Part shown: positions 10,014 through 19,814 of the stretch, piece after piece
How the letters are laid out: each line of letters begins with the position of its first letter
Numbering within the stretch: position 1 is the stretch's first letter
Origin: Candidatus Saganbacteria bacterium
Lineage (GTDB): Bacteria; Margulisbacteria; WOR-1; O2-12-FULL-45-9
Direction of reading: 5' to 3'
Length of the DNA stretch: 64,000 nt
Assembly (NCBI GenBank): GCA_016932255.1
Contig: JAFGDE010000015.1
Coordinates: forward strand, 99,506-163,505
Translations under genes and position numbers: made by a program
Notes under the pieces: model-generated
What the model saw: the letters and a program-made list of their open reading frames with translations, nothing else
Told to the model about the DNA's origin: nothing
The model's database searches: none

Positions 10014-11456
10014 TTATGGTCCGACATATTTGAGCGCTGTGCCGTTGGCGCCGACCGCCCAGCCTTCGGTCGAATCATAGAAATGCATGTCCCAAAGCGT
10101 AGCTGTCGTGCCGGTCCCTTGGACCTCCCAGGAAGCGCCGGCATTGGTTGTATAGAGGACCAACCCATTCTCGCCGCAGACCCAGCCGGTCTGGTCATCC
10201 AGGAAATGCAGGCCGTAGAGGTTGTTGGTCGTTCCGGTCGCGACCTGGGTCCAGGTAGCCGCACCGCCATCCCCGGCATTGGTCGAACGCAGGACCAGTC
10301 CGCCATCACCCACGATCCAGCCGTCATACGGCTGCGGCACATGGACATCATTGAGCGTTGCGGTCACCCCGCTGGTCTGGGAGACCCAGGTCCCTCCGCC
10401 AGTCGAGAACTTTATTGTGCCGTTCGGCCCGACCGCCCAGCAGTAATTGGAGTACGAAAACCCGAAAAGATCCTCGGTCGTGCCGCTGGCCTCCCTGGTC
10501 CAATTGGAGCCACCGTTCGTTGTCGCTAAGATCGTCCCGTTAGCCCCGACCGCCCAACCTTGAGCCGGTGAGCTGTCCTTAAATGCCACCGCGTAAAGGG
10601 CTTCTGACGTTATGCTTGTAGCCGTTCCCAGGCTGCTGTAATTCGTCGTGGCCAGGAAGGTGCCAACGTCACCCACTACTGTCGTACGGTGATTGGCCCC
10701 GCCATCGTCAGCATAATCAATATCGAACAGGGCATTGCTGGTTGAAGGGGACCAATCCGACCACATCCCTATAGTGGTTGTTGAATACCGCACTGCCACA
10801 CCACCACCGCCTACCGCATAGGCGCACCCGGGGGAATATACATCAATGCCCCAAAGGTCAACGGTCGTAGTGCTGTCATAGCTCTTCCAGAGCGTTGAGG
10901 TGGTCGTGCCGGTCGTTGTCGTGGTGCTAGTGGTAGAAACGGTCGTAGAAGTTGACGTCGTTGTTACGCTCGTTGTCGTGGTGCTTGTCGTCGTCGTGGC
11001 CGGCGGCTGGAGCGAAAAGCTCCAGATACGGGTAGTCACGATATTGCCGAAGATATCCTTAAGGTTAGGAGTACCGATGATATCAACGTTGTTACCTGAA
11101 GCCATTGCTTTAAGGCCAGAAGCCGACAGGCCGGACCAACCTGCGACCGAGACCGAAAGCGTCTTATTGCTGTTGGACCAGGCGATAGAATTGACAGAAG
11201 GCGTTCCAGCATTGTGGTCCGCGCCGAATGTCAGGTATGTGCCGAAAAGATTACCGGCTGTGATCCCGGCCGTATCGATCGGATAATCAAAATTGGCGGT
11301 CAGTACTCCATCCGGCGATACATTCGTGGAGCCCACGGCCGGGCTCTGGCTTTTCAGCACCGGCACCGAAATATCATTCGCCTCTTCGCAGCCGGACAGA
11401 GCCAACCCAAAAGCGACCAGGCCAAGACACATTAACCAAACTATCTTTTTGTTCAT
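10014..11456 (-). CDS. Lipoprotein with Ig-like (Big_5-type) domain, Thr-rich linker and YCF48-like propeller
   Basis: Lipobox LSGC; SPAVGSTNV...ANFDYPID Ig-like pattern; poly-Thr; GWAVGANGT repeats; ends in KYVGP like its paralogue at 6912-8024. Confidence 0.8.
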   Translation of the reverse strand: MNKKIVWLMCLGLVAFGLALSGCEEANDISVPVLKSQSPAVGSTNVSPDGVLTANFDYPIDTAGITAGNLFGTYLTFGADHNAGTPSVNSIAWSNSNKTLSVSVAGWSGLSASGLKAMASGNNVDIIGTPNLKDIFGNIVTTRIWSFSLQPPATTTTSTTTTSVTTTSTSTTVSTTSTTTTTGTTTSTLWKSYDSTTTVDLWGIDVYSPGCAYAVGGGGVAVRYSTTTIGMWSDWSPSTSNALFDIDYADDGGANHRTTVVGDVGTFLATTNYSSLGTATSITSEALYAVAFKDSSPAQGWAVGANGTILATTNGGSNWTREASGTTEDLFGFSYSNYCWAVGPNGTIKFSTGGGTWVSQTSGVTATLNDVHVPQPYDGWIVGDGGLVLRSTNAGDGGAATWTQVATGTTNNLYGLHFLDDQTGWVCGENGLVLYTTNAGASWEVQGTGTTATLWDMHFYDSTEGWAVGANGTALKYVGP

Positions 11457-11542
11457 CCTAAACCTCCCAAGGGAAAAATCCAAATAAGAGTATACCAAAC
11501 TAATTTGCTATGTCAACCAAATGGCTATATAATATAATATTA

Positions 11543-11965
11543 ATGGGCGACCTGAGCGAACATTTTAACAACAAGGATTTTGCCTGCCGCTGCAACGTCT
11601 GCCAGGGAGAATACAAGATACACCTGGGCCTGGTCGGGGCGCTGGAGCAAATCGGCGGGAATTTCCGTAAAAAGGTCAGGATCGATTCCGCTTTCTGGTG
11701 CGACGATTACCACGAGAAGCAGAATAAACCCAAACGCAGCTTTCACACCAAGGGCAAGGCCGTCCACATCCATATTGACGGCGTTACCCCGCAGGATCTT
11801 TTCAAGTATTGCGAAACGGTCCCTGAATTGCGCGGCCTGGTCTTTTATCCCAAAGAGCCTTTCATACATATTGATACCCGTCCCGGCGACCCGGTCCGGC
11901 TGGTCAAGGAAGGCAACAATTACAATCCCCTGACGCCTGAAAAAAGAGCCAAGTACGGGTTTTAA
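11543..11965 (+). CDS. Peptidase M15A/YcbK-like protein
   Basis: LSEHF..DFACRC, SFHTKGKAV, FIHIDTR motifs. Confidence 0.8.
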   Translation: MGDLSEHFNNKDFACRCNVCQGEYKIHLGLVGALEQIGGNFRKKVRIDSAFWCDDYHEKQNKPKRSFHTKGKAVHIHIDGVTPQDLFKYCETVPELRGLVFYPKEPFIHIDTRPGDPVRLVKEGNNYNPLTPEKRAKYGF

Positions 11966-11968
11966 ACC

Positions 11969-12880
11969 GTGCAAAATCCGAAATCCTCAGCCGACGGCGG
12001 ACAAAATCAGAAAAAAGACCGGATCACTCAGTTCTTAGGCCATCTGAAGACCGAGCGGAACTATTCACCACACACCCTGAGCAACTACCAGCGCGACCTG
12101 AATTTTCTGCTGGAGTTTATCGGCCAGAGGCAGATTGACCGCTCTGTTGCCCGGGAGTATCTTCTGGCCCTGGAAAAGAAACGCTATTCCAGGCGCTCCA
12201 TTGCCAGGAAATTGTCCTCAGCCAGGTCGTTCTTTCGGTTCCTTGCCAGAGAGAAGTTTATAGACCAGAATCCTTTTGAGAATCTGCTTACGCCAAAACT
12301 GCCGAAGAAACTGCCCAATTTCCTCTACCCCGAAGAGCTGACCGGCCTGTTCAATGCGCCTGGCCTGAAGACCGCACAGGGTCTGCGCGACAGAGCGATC
12401 CTTGAGATCCTCTACGGCACAGGCCTGCGCGTGACAGAAATAAAGAGAATGAACCTGGGGGACATTGATTTTGATGAGGGGGAGATCAAGGTCCTGGGCA
12501 AAGGTTCGAAAGAGCGCATAGTCCTGTTCGGCTCTCATGCCCGGCAGGCGCTGCAAAACTACTTCAAACACGGGCGGCCCGAACTGGCCTTGGGCAAAAA
12601 GACCCCGGTCGTATTCCTCAACCGCCGGGGGACGCGGCTGACCACCAGATCGATCGAACGCATGATCAGCCGCTGTGCCGGCCTGGCCGGACTGAACAAA
12701 AAGGTCACTCCGCATACTTTGCGCCATTCCTTTGCCACTCATCTGCTCTCAGGGGGCGCTGACCTGCGTATGGTCCAGGAACTGCTGGGCCACGTTTCGC
12801 TGTCCACAACCCAGGTTTACACCCATATCACCAAGGAACGCCTCAAAGAGGTCTATGATTCAGCCCATCCCAGGGCCTGA
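11969..12880 (+). CDS. xerC: Tyrosine recombinase XerC/XerD family
   Basis: N-terminal SAM-like domain (YSPHTLSNYQRDL); catalytic R-K-H-R-H-Y (GLRVTE, GKGSKER, HTLRHSFATH, LGH, TQVY). Confidence 0.88.
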   Translation: MQNPKSSADGGQNQKKDRITQFLGHLKTERNYSPHTLSNYQRDLNFLLEFIGQRQIDRSVAREYLLALEKKRYSRRSIARKLSSARSFFRFLAREKFIDQNPFENLLTPKLPKKLPNFLYPEELTGLFNAPGLKTAQGLRDRAILEILYGTGLRVTEIKRMNLGDIDFDEGEIKVLGKGSKERIVLFGSHARQALQNYFKHGRPELALGKKTPVVFLNRRGTRLTTRSIERMISRCAGLAGLNKKVTPHTLRHSFATHLLSGGADLRMVQELLGHVSLSTTQVYTHITKERLKEVYDSAHPRA

Positions 12881-12942
12881 CTGCCGTCAGGCAGGCAAAT
12901 CGTTGACCCGGTCCCTGAAATCCAGTATAATAGGCCCTTGTT

Positions 12943-13374
12943 GTGAAAATCGACCTTACGGAATTGCTGCAAAAGGTCGGTAACGAGGCTGATCTGGCAG
13001 AGGAGATCACAGTTTCCTGGCCTGAAGACAGCCTGACCTTGACCAAGCCGATAAGGCTCGATCTGCATCTGGTCAATACCGGCAGTTCGGTGCTTTTGAC
13101 CGGCCGGGCAGAGACCGAAGCTGAGCTGGAATGCTCCAGGTGCTTGAAGAAGTACCGCGTGCCTCTGGCCGCTGACCTGGAAGAGGAGTTCACTCTTGAT
13201 CCGGTCAGGCAGGGAGCCGGCGAAACAGAGTTGCATGCTGAAGATTTCGCTTCGCCGATTGACCCGGATAACAGTATCGATCTGGCCGAGATCATTAGAC
13301 AGGATCTGCTGCTGGCTTTGCCGATCAAAACACTCTGCCAGCAGAACTGTCAGGGAATAAAAGGAGAAGAATAG
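12943..13374 (+). CDS. YceD/DUF177 family protein
   Basis: ECSRCL and LCQQNCQG motifs; lies directly upstream of rpmF. Confidence 0.9.
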   Translation: MKIDLTELLQKVGNEADLAEEITVSWPEDSLTLTKPIRLDLHLVNTGSSVLLTGRAETEAELECSRCLKKYRVPLAADLEEEFTLDPVRQGAGETELHAEDFASPIDPDNSIDLAEIIRQDLLLALPIKTLCQQNCQGIKGEE

Positions 13375-13377
13375 ACC

Positions 13378-13590
13378 ATGCCAATGCCAAAAAAGCGCCA
13401 TTCTAACGTTCGCCAGGGTAAACGCCGCGCTTCAAACTATACTCTGAGCGCAGCCAGCACCAGCCGCTGTTCTGCCTGCGGTTCCCCGATCCTGCCCCAC
13501 CACGCCTGCCCTACCTGCGGTAATTATAAAGGCCGTCAGGCGATCAAGATCAAGGCCGAGAAAAAGAAGGGGAAAAAGGAGCAAGAGTAA
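13378..13590 (+). CDS. rpmF: 50S ribosomal protein L32
   Basis: MPKKRHS, CxxC...PHHACPTCGNYKG. Confidence 0.95.
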   Translation: MPMPKKRHSNVRQGKRRASNYTLSAASTSRCSACGSPILPHHACPTCGNYKGRQAIKIKAEKKKGKKEQE

Positions 13591-14571
13591 GTGATCAGGA
13601 TCGCACTCGATGCGATGGGCGGAGATTTTGCTCCAGCCGAGATAGTCAAAGGAGCGGTCCAGGCCAGCCGAGAGCTAGCGGCCGAAATCATGCTTGTAGG
13701 CAACCCCGATCAGATCGGCCGGGAGCTCAAGAAATACAAGGATAAGGGCAAGTTGCCCATTGTCTCGGCTTCTGAAGTCATCACCATGAACGATCACCCG
13801 GTCCAGGCAGTTAAAAGCAAAAAAGACGCTTCGGTCAACGTAGCCGTAGCCCTGGTCAAAGACGGCAAAGCCGACGCTGTGGTCTCTGCAGGCAACACAG
13901 GCGCTCTGATGGCCGCAGCTCTGTTCAAGCTCGGCCGCTTGCCTGGTATTGAGCGGCCGGCGATCGCGACCGAATTCCCCCTGCCCTCAGGCAAAGTCCT
14001 GCTGCTTGATATGGGCGCCAACGCCGACTGCAAGCCGAAACACCTGGAACAGTTCGGGGTCATGGGCAGTCTTTACGCTAAACACGTCATGCATATTGCC
14101 AATCCCCGGGTCGGTCTGCTCAATATTGGGGAAGAAAAAGAAAAAGGCAACGAACTGACCAGGGAAACCTGGCCGCTGCTCAAACAGGCGCCGATCAACT
14201 TTATCGGCAATATTGAATCAAAAGAGATCCTGCAGGGCAATGTTGATGTTATCGTTTGTGACGGGTTCACCGGCAATTTAATCCTCAAGTTCGGGGAAAG
14301 TCTTGGGGTCTCCGTCTTTCAAATGCTCAAAGCCGAGCTGTCGCGGGGCATTTTGAACAAGATCGGCCTGGCCTTTCTGCTGCCATCTCTGCTCAGGATC
14401 AGGAAAAAGGTCACTTATGATGAATACGGCGGCGCGCCGCTGCTGGGCATTGCCGGCACCGTCTTTAAAGCCCACGGCCGGGCCAAAGCTGCCGCGATCA
14501 AGAACGCCATACGCGAATCAGTGGAAGCGGTCAGCAGCGACATGGCAGCAAAACTGAAAGAGAACTTATGA
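13591..14571 (+). CDS. plsX: Phosphate acyltransferase PlsX
   Basis: IALDAMGGDFAP, SAGNTGA, VIVCDGFTGN. Confidence 0.97.
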   Translation: MIRIALDAMGGDFAPAEIVKGAVQASRELAAEIMLVGNPDQIGRELKKYKDKGKLPIVSASEVITMNDHPVQAVKSKKDASVNVAVALVKDGKADAVVSAGNTGALMAAALFKLGRLPGIERPAIATEFPLPSGKVLLLDMGANADCKPKHLEQFGVMGSLYAKHVMHIANPRVGLLNIGEEKEKGNELTRETWPLLKQAPINFIGNIESKEILQGNVDVIVCDGFTGNLILKFGESLGVSVFQMLKAELSRGILNKIGLAFLLPSLLRIRKKVTYDEYGGAPLLGIAGTVFKAHGRAKAAAIKNAIRESVEAVSSDMAAKLKENL

Positions 14572-14612
14572 CCCCTCGGCATCGGTCGGGGTCATGGCAA
14601 GGAAATCAAACT

Positions 14613-15596
14613 ATGAAAGCAAAAATAATCGGCGTCGGTTCCTGCGTCCCGGATAAGATCGTGACCAATGACGACGTGGCCAAGATCGTTGAGACCAATG
14701 ATGAATGGATCAGAACGCGCACCGGTATCCAGGCAAGACGGGTCTCGGACGCCAGCACTGCAACGTCCGATCTGGCCATTGTCGCTGCGGAAAAAGCCCT
14801 CAAGGCCTCCGGTCTAAAAGCCGCAGACCTTGATCTGATCATTGTTGGCACGACCTCTCCGGACTACCTTTTCCCTTCGGTCGGCTGCCTGCTGCAGAAT
14901 AAACTGGGAGCGATGCGCGCCGCAGCCTTTGATGTTTCTGCCGCCTGCTCCGGTTTCAATTACGCCCTGACCGTGGCATCCAACTTTATTAATAACGGGG
15001 CTTATCGCAATATTCTGGTGGTTGGAGCCGATACCCTGACCAAATACCTTGACTGGTCTGACCGCGGCACCTGCATTCTGTTCGGTGACGGAGCTGGCGC
15101 GGTCGTGTTGACCGCGACCGATAGCGGCGCCGGCATCCTGGCCAGCTGGCTCAAGGCCGAAGGCGACCTTGGTCATCATCTGATAATGCGCGGAGCCGGT
15201 TCCCGCGACCCGGAGTTAAAAGGAAAACATGGCCGCTTCATGACCATGGACGGCAAGGATGTTTTCAAGTTCGCGGTCAGGGTGCTGGAGGAATCGATCA
15301 GGGCTGTCCTGGATAAAACCGGCCTCAAGGTCGAAGATATCAATCTACTCATACCGCATCAGGCCAATGTCAGGATAATCGACCATGTGAGCAAGAAAAT
15401 GGGATTGCCAAATGATAAGGTTTATGTTAATCTCCAGAAGTACGGAAACACCTCAGCCGCCTCAATCCCCCTAGCATTAGATGAAGCGCTGGCTGATGGT
15501 AAGATAAAGAACGGCGATATGATCGTCCTGTCCGGGTTCGGCGCCGGCCTGACCTGCGGGGCGAATCTTATTAAATGGGAGGATAGCAATGCTTGA
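14613..15596 (+). CDS. fabH: 3-oxoacyl-ACP synthase III
   Basis: AACSGF, PHQAN, GNTSAAS; start ATG 14613 after a short palindrome. Confidence 0.97.
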   Translation: MKAKIIGVGSCVPDKIVTNDDVAKIVETNDEWIRTRTGIQARRVSDASTATSDLAIVAAEKALKASGLKAADLDLIIVGTTSPDYLFPSVGCLLQNKLGAMRAAAFDVSAACSGFNYALTVASNFINNGAYRNILVVGADTLTKYLDWSDRGTCILFGDGAGAVVLTATDSGAGILASWLKAEGDLGHHLIMRGAGSRDPELKGKHGRFMTMDGKDVFKFAVRVLEESIRAVLDKTGLKVEDINLLIPHQANVRIIDHVSKKMGLPNDKVYVNLQKYGNTSAASIPLALDEALADGKIKNGDMIVLSGFGAGLTCGANLIKWEDSNA

Positions 15597-16752
15597 TTAT
15601 CAGCTGACCGAAGAACAACAAATGATCAAGGATTTGGTCAGGAAAGTGACTTTGGAAAAGGTTCTGTCCAAACGCGAGGAATGGGACGAGAAAGGCGAAT
15701 TCCCCTGGGAAGCGATGAAAGCTTACGCTGACGCGGACCTGTGCGGTCTTTATATTCCTGAGGAATTGGGCGGTTTTGGCCAAAGCGTTTTCAACTTCTG
15801 CCTGGCGACCGAAGAGGTCAGCCGGGTTTGCGGCGGCGTTGGCGTGACCTTTGCCGCGTCAGCCCTGGGGTCCACCCCGATCCTGTTATTCGGCACTGAC
15901 GAACAAAAGAAAAAGTATATGCCAGATATCGCGGCCGGTAAAAGGCTGGCGGCTTTCGGCCTGACCGAGGCCAATGCCGGCTCTGATGCCGGCGGCATGG
16001 AAACAACCGCTAAAAAAGAGGGCGACTACTACATTATTAATGGCACTAAGCAGTGGATCACCAACGGCGGGGAAGCCGAGGTTTACACTCTCTTTGCCAT
16101 GACCGACAAGAAGAAAGGATCCCGCGGCGCTTCCTGTTTTATCGTTGAGAAAGGCACGCCGGGTTTTACTTTCGGCAAGAAAGAGAACAAGATGGGTATC
16201 CGTTGCTCTGCCACCCGTGAGCTTGTCTTCCAGGACTGTAAAGCCCACAAAAGCCAGCTGCTGGGCAAAGAGGGGCAAGGGTTCATAATCGCAATGAAGA
16301 CGCTGGACCTTACTCGTCCGGGCATTGGCGCCCAGGCGGTAGGTATTGCCCAGGGCGCGATCGATGAAGCAACTAAATACGCCCGGGAGCGTATCCAGTT
16401 TGGCAAACCTATTGCTGCGCTTCAGGCAATACAGCATATGTTGGCTGACATGTCAACCCAGACCGAAGCCGCCCGTGGCCTGGTCTACTCTGTAGCCCGG
16501 ATGATCGATGCCGGAGCCAAGGACTACACCCTGCCCGCTTCTCAAGCCAAATTGTTCGCTTCTGACACGGCCATGAAAGTTACCATTGATGCCATCCAGA
16601 TCCTGGGCGGCTACGGCTACATGAAGGAATATCCGGTCGAAAAAATGGCGCGCGACGCCAAGATAACCCAGATCTATGAAGGCACCAACCAGATCCAGCG
16701 TAACCAGATCGCTTTAGCCATGATCAAGGAAAGCGCCAAGAAGAAGAAATGA
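15589..16752 (+). CDS. Acyl-CoA dehydrogenase (butyryl-CoA dehydrogenase-like)
   Basis: AFGLTEANAGSDA, GTKQWITNG, QILGGYGY, IYEGTNQIQR; overlaps fabH by 8 nt. Confidence 0.95.
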   Translation: MLDYQLTEEQQMIKDLVRKVTLEKVLSKREEWDEKGEFPWEAMKAYADADLCGLYIPEELGGFGQSVFNFCLATEEVSRVCGGVGVTFAASALGSTPILLFGTDEQKKKYMPDIAAGKRLAAFGLTEANAGSDAGGMETTAKKEGDYYIINGTKQWITNGGEAEVYTLFAMTDKKKGSRGASCFIVEKGTPGFTFGKKENKMGIRCSATRELVFQDCKAHKSQLLGKEGQGFIIAMKTLDLTRPGIGAQAVGIAQGAIDEATKYARERIQFGKPIAALQAIQHMLADMSTQTEAARGLVYSVARMIDAGAKDYTLPASQAKLFASDTAMKVTIDAIQILGGYGYMKEYPVEKMARDAKITQIYEGTNQIQRNQIALAMIKESAKKKK

Positions 16753-17531
16753 ACTTCATAGTCTGCATTAAACAGGTCCCGGAAACGACCGAGGTTAAGA
16801 TCAATCCGGAGACCAACACCCTGATCCGCGAGGGCGTCCCCTCGGTGGTCAACCCTTTTGATGAGAATGCGGTCGAGGCCGCGCTCAAACTGAAAGAGAA
16901 GCACGGCGGCAAGGTAACGGCTATTACCATGGGGCCGCCGCAAGCTGCCGAAGCCCTGAGAACCTGTCTGGCCATGGGGGTTGATGAGGTGATACTGGTT
17001 TCTGATCGCGCTTTTGCCGGTTCTGACACCTGGGCCACTTCCTATGCCCTGTCCCAAACGATCAAAAAACTGGGTGAATACGATCTGATCATCTGCGGCA
17101 AGCAGGCTATTGACGGCGACACCGCCCAGGTCGGCCCGGGCATTGCCGAATGGCTGGGACTGCCCCAGGTGACCTTTGCGGTCAAAATAGAGGTCGAAGG
17201 AAAGACCGCCAAGGTCGAGCGCCTGCTTGAAGAGGTTAACGAAGTCGTTGAAACACCCCTGCCGGCAGTGCTGACCGTAGTCAAGCAGATCAATGAACCC
17301 CGCATGCCTTCGCTCAAGGGCATGATGAAAGCCAAAAAAGCTGAGATCAAATCCCTTAAAGCCGAAGATATCAACGGTGATCCGAAAAACCTCGGCTTAA
17401 ACGGCTCGCCGACTCAAGTGGTCAAGATTTTTTCTCCGCCGCCTAAAGGTGGCGGAGAAAAACTGGACGGCGAAGCAGCCGAGATCGTCGATAAACTCGT
17501 GTCCAAGATCCGGGAGAGGAAGATTATTTGA
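16749..17531 (+). CDS. etfB: Electron transfer flavoprotein beta subunit
   Basis: VCIKQVP, AGSDTWAT, GKQAIDGDTAQVGP. Confidence 0.96.
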   Translation: MNFIVCIKQVPETTEVKINPETNTLIREGVPSVVNPFDENAVEAALKLKEKHGGKVTAITMGPPQAAEALRTCLAMGVDEVILVSDRAFAGSDTWATSYALSQTIKKLGEYDLIICGKQAIDGDTAQVGPGIAEWLGLPQVTFAVKIEVEGKTAKVERLLEEVNEVVETPLPAVLTVVKQINEPRMPSLKGMMKAKKAEIKSLKAEDINGDPKNLGLNGSPTQVVKIFSPPPKGGGEKLDGEAAEIVDKLVSKIRERKII

Positions 17532-18745
17532 TGAGCATCAAGGTCATTGCTGATAATTGCACCGGTTGCACGCTCTGCGTTAAAGCTTGCGGCTTCAACG
17601 CCATTGAGATGAAGGACCGTCCGGACAGCAAGAAAAAGCTGGCGGTCATCGACCTGGACAAGTGCACCCTCTGCGGCGCCTGCGTTTCCGCTTGTAAGTC
17701 CAAGGCCATCGAGATCAAGGTTGAAAAAGAATCAAGCAAGGATCTGTCGCATTACAAAGGTGTTTGGGTCTTTGCCGAACAGCGCGAAGGCAAGATCCAG
17801 CCGGTGGCCTATGAATTGTTGGGTGAAGGCAGGAAGCTGGCCCAGGACCTGGGCACTGATCTTTCTGCCGTGCTCTGCGGCGGCGAGGACATTGAAGAAG
17901 AAGTCGAGCATTTGTTCGCTTACGGCGCGGACAAGGTTTATTTACTGCACCACGACGAGCTGAAAGACTATAAATCCCTGCCCTACACCCGGGCGGTCTC
18001 TGAGGTCCTGACCAAGTACAAGCCTGAGGTCTTTCTGCTGGGCGCGACCACCATGGGCCGCGATCTGGCCGCCCGGTTGGCTATCCGCATTGGCGCCGGC
18101 TTGACAGCCGACTGCACCGGCCTGTCCATAGACAAGACCAAGAAGATCCTTCAGCAGACGCGGCCGGCTTTTGGCGGCAATATTATGGCCACCATCATCT
18201 CGCCTAATAACCGGCCGCAAATGGCCACGGTCCGTCCCAAGGTCTTCAAGAAACCGGACCGCCAGGAAGGCCGCAAAGGCGAGCTGGTCAAGTTCTCTCC
18301 AGCTATTAACCCGGAAGACCTGGTCGTCAAACTGCTTGAAGTGATCAAGGACGAGAGCATCAAGGTCAATCTGGCGGAAGCAGAGATAATCGTCTCCGGC
18401 GGCCGCGGCATCGGCGAGGCCAAGAACTTCAAGCTGATCGAAGACCTGGCCAAGGTCCTGGGCGGCGCGGTTGGCGCCTCGCGCGCGACCGTTGACGCGG
18501 GCTGGATCTCAGCCCATCATCAGGTCGGCCAAACCGGCAAGACCGTTGCGCCGAAACTCTATATTGCCTGCGGTATTTCCGGCAAGATCCAGCATCTGGT
18601 CGGCATGCAGTCGTCGGACACGATAGTGGCGATCAACAAAGATCCGGACGCTCCGATCTTCAAGGTCGCTACTTACGGCATCGTTGGGGATCTGTTCGAA
18701 TACGTTCCCCTTTTGACCAAGAAGATACAGGAGCTCAGAGGCTAA
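17531..18745 (+). CDS. etfA: Electron transfer flavoprotein alpha subunit with N-terminal 2[4Fe-4S] ferredoxin domain
   Basis: CTGCTLCVKAC and CTLCGACVSAC at the N-terminus; GLTADCT, RPAFGG, QVGQTGK, GISGKIQH. Confidence 0.95.
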   Translation: MSIKVIADNCTGCTLCVKACGFNAIEMKDRPDSKKKLAVIDLDKCTLCGACVSACKSKAIEIKVEKESSKDLSHYKGVWVFAEQREGKIQPVAYELLGEGRKLAQDLGTDLSAVLCGGEDIEEEVEHLFAYGADKVYLLHHDELKDYKSLPYTRAVSEVLTKYKPEVFLLGATTMGRDLAARLAIRIGAGLTADCTGLSIDKTKKILQQTRPAFGGNIMATIISPNNRPQMATVRPKVFKKPDRQEGRKGELVKFSPAINPEDLVVKLLEVIKDESIKVNLAEAEIIVSGGRGIGEAKNFKLIEDLAKVLGGAVGASRATVDAGWISAHHQVGQTGKTVAPKLYIACGISGKIQHLVGMQSSDTIVAINKDPDAPIFKVATYGIVGDLFEYVPLLTKKIQELRG

Positions 18746-18830
18746 CGAGCTTCGGCGCTGAAAGCGTCGGTTCTTGCCTGCGGTCAGGAACTGACGGTTT
18801 CACATTGCCAAATAAATAAGGGGAAAGATA

Positions 18831-19700
18831 ATGGACACGGCCTTTGTGTTTCCCGGCCAGGGCTCGCAGAGCGTTGGCATGGGCAAAGACCTGGCAGAGA
18901 GCTATCTTGACCAGGCCAACGATGTGCTGGGCTTTGACCTGAAGAAGCTCTGCTTCGAAGGCCCGGAAGAAGCACTTAAACGCACGGATATCACCCAACC
19001 GGCCATACTGACGGTCAGCATCGCTGCCTTTTATCGCCTCTCGTCCTACGTCCCTCGTCCCTCGTTTTTCGCTGGCCACAGCCTGGGCGAGTTTTCCGCC
19101 CTGGTCGCCGCCTCCGCCCTCTCCTTTAACGACGCGGTCAGACTTGTCCATCTCAGAGGGAAATTCATGCAGGAAGCCGTGCCAATGGGCCAGGGAGCCA
19201 TGGCCGCGATTATCGGCGGCGATAACGGCAAGATCAAAGAGATCTGTCAGTCTGTCGGCAATGTCTGGCCGGCTAATTTCAATTCTCCTGGTCAGGTCGT
19301 TATTTCCGGTAAAAAGGAAGCGGTCGAGACCGCCGGCAACAAGATCAAGGAAGCCGGCGCCAAAAGAGTGATCCCCCTGGCTGTTTCCGCGCCTTTCCAC
19401 TGCCCGCTGATGCAGCCTGCCGCAGACAAGCTTAAAGCTGAACTGGACAAAATCGAGATCAAAGACGCCCAAATACCGGTCGTGGCCAATGTCACGGCCG
19501 AAGCTGTGACCGAAGGGGCCAAGATCAGGGAACTGCTGGTCAAACAGGTGACCAGCCCGGTCCTGTGGGAAGCTTCGATCAAAAATATGATCGGTAACGG
19601 CATTAATAACTTTATTGAGGTCGGCTCAGGCTCGGTCCTGGCCGGTCTGATCAAGAAGATCGACCGGTCCGTTGAAGTTAAATCATTTTTAAATATTTGA
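18831..19700 (+). CDS. fabD: Malonyl-CoA-ACP transacylase
   Basis: FPGQGSQ, GHSLGE, SAPFH. Confidence 0.97.
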   Translation: MDTAFVFPGQGSQSVGMGKDLAESYLDQANDVLGFDLKKLCFEGPEEALKRTDITQPAILTVSIAAFYRLSSYVPRPSFFAGHSLGEFSALVAASALSFNDAVRLVHLRGKFMQEAVPMGQGAMAAIIGGDNGKIKEICQSVGNVWPANFNSPGQVVISGKKEAVETAGNKIKEAGAKRVIPLAVSAPFHCPLMQPAADKLKAELDKIEIKDAQIPVVANVTAEAVTEGAKIRELLVKQVTSPVLWEASIKNMIGNGINNFIEVGSGSVLAGLIKKIDRSVEVKSFLNI

Positions 19701-19796
19701 TCCCCACAATGAATTGTGGGGAATTATTCCGCAGATTTTAATCTGCGGTGTTAAAGGTTGAAGCTGAGGAACCGCGACGTTCAGTCGCTGGTTCCG
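19701..19796. repeat. Cluster of three short intergenic palindromes (REP-like)
   Basis: TCCCCACAAT-GA-ATTGTGGGGA; CCGCAGATT-TT-AATCTGCGG; GGAACCGCGAC...GTCGCTGGTTCC. Confidence 0.6.
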
Positions 19797-19814
19797 AAAA
19801 AACGGAGGAAGAAC

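Noticed and set aside
11969-12880. xerC as the integrase of a mobile element or integron
   Set aside because: It has typical chromosomal Xer length and motifs, lacks an IntI-specific insertion, sits among housekeeping genes and is ~19 kb from the array. No dif site was recognised.
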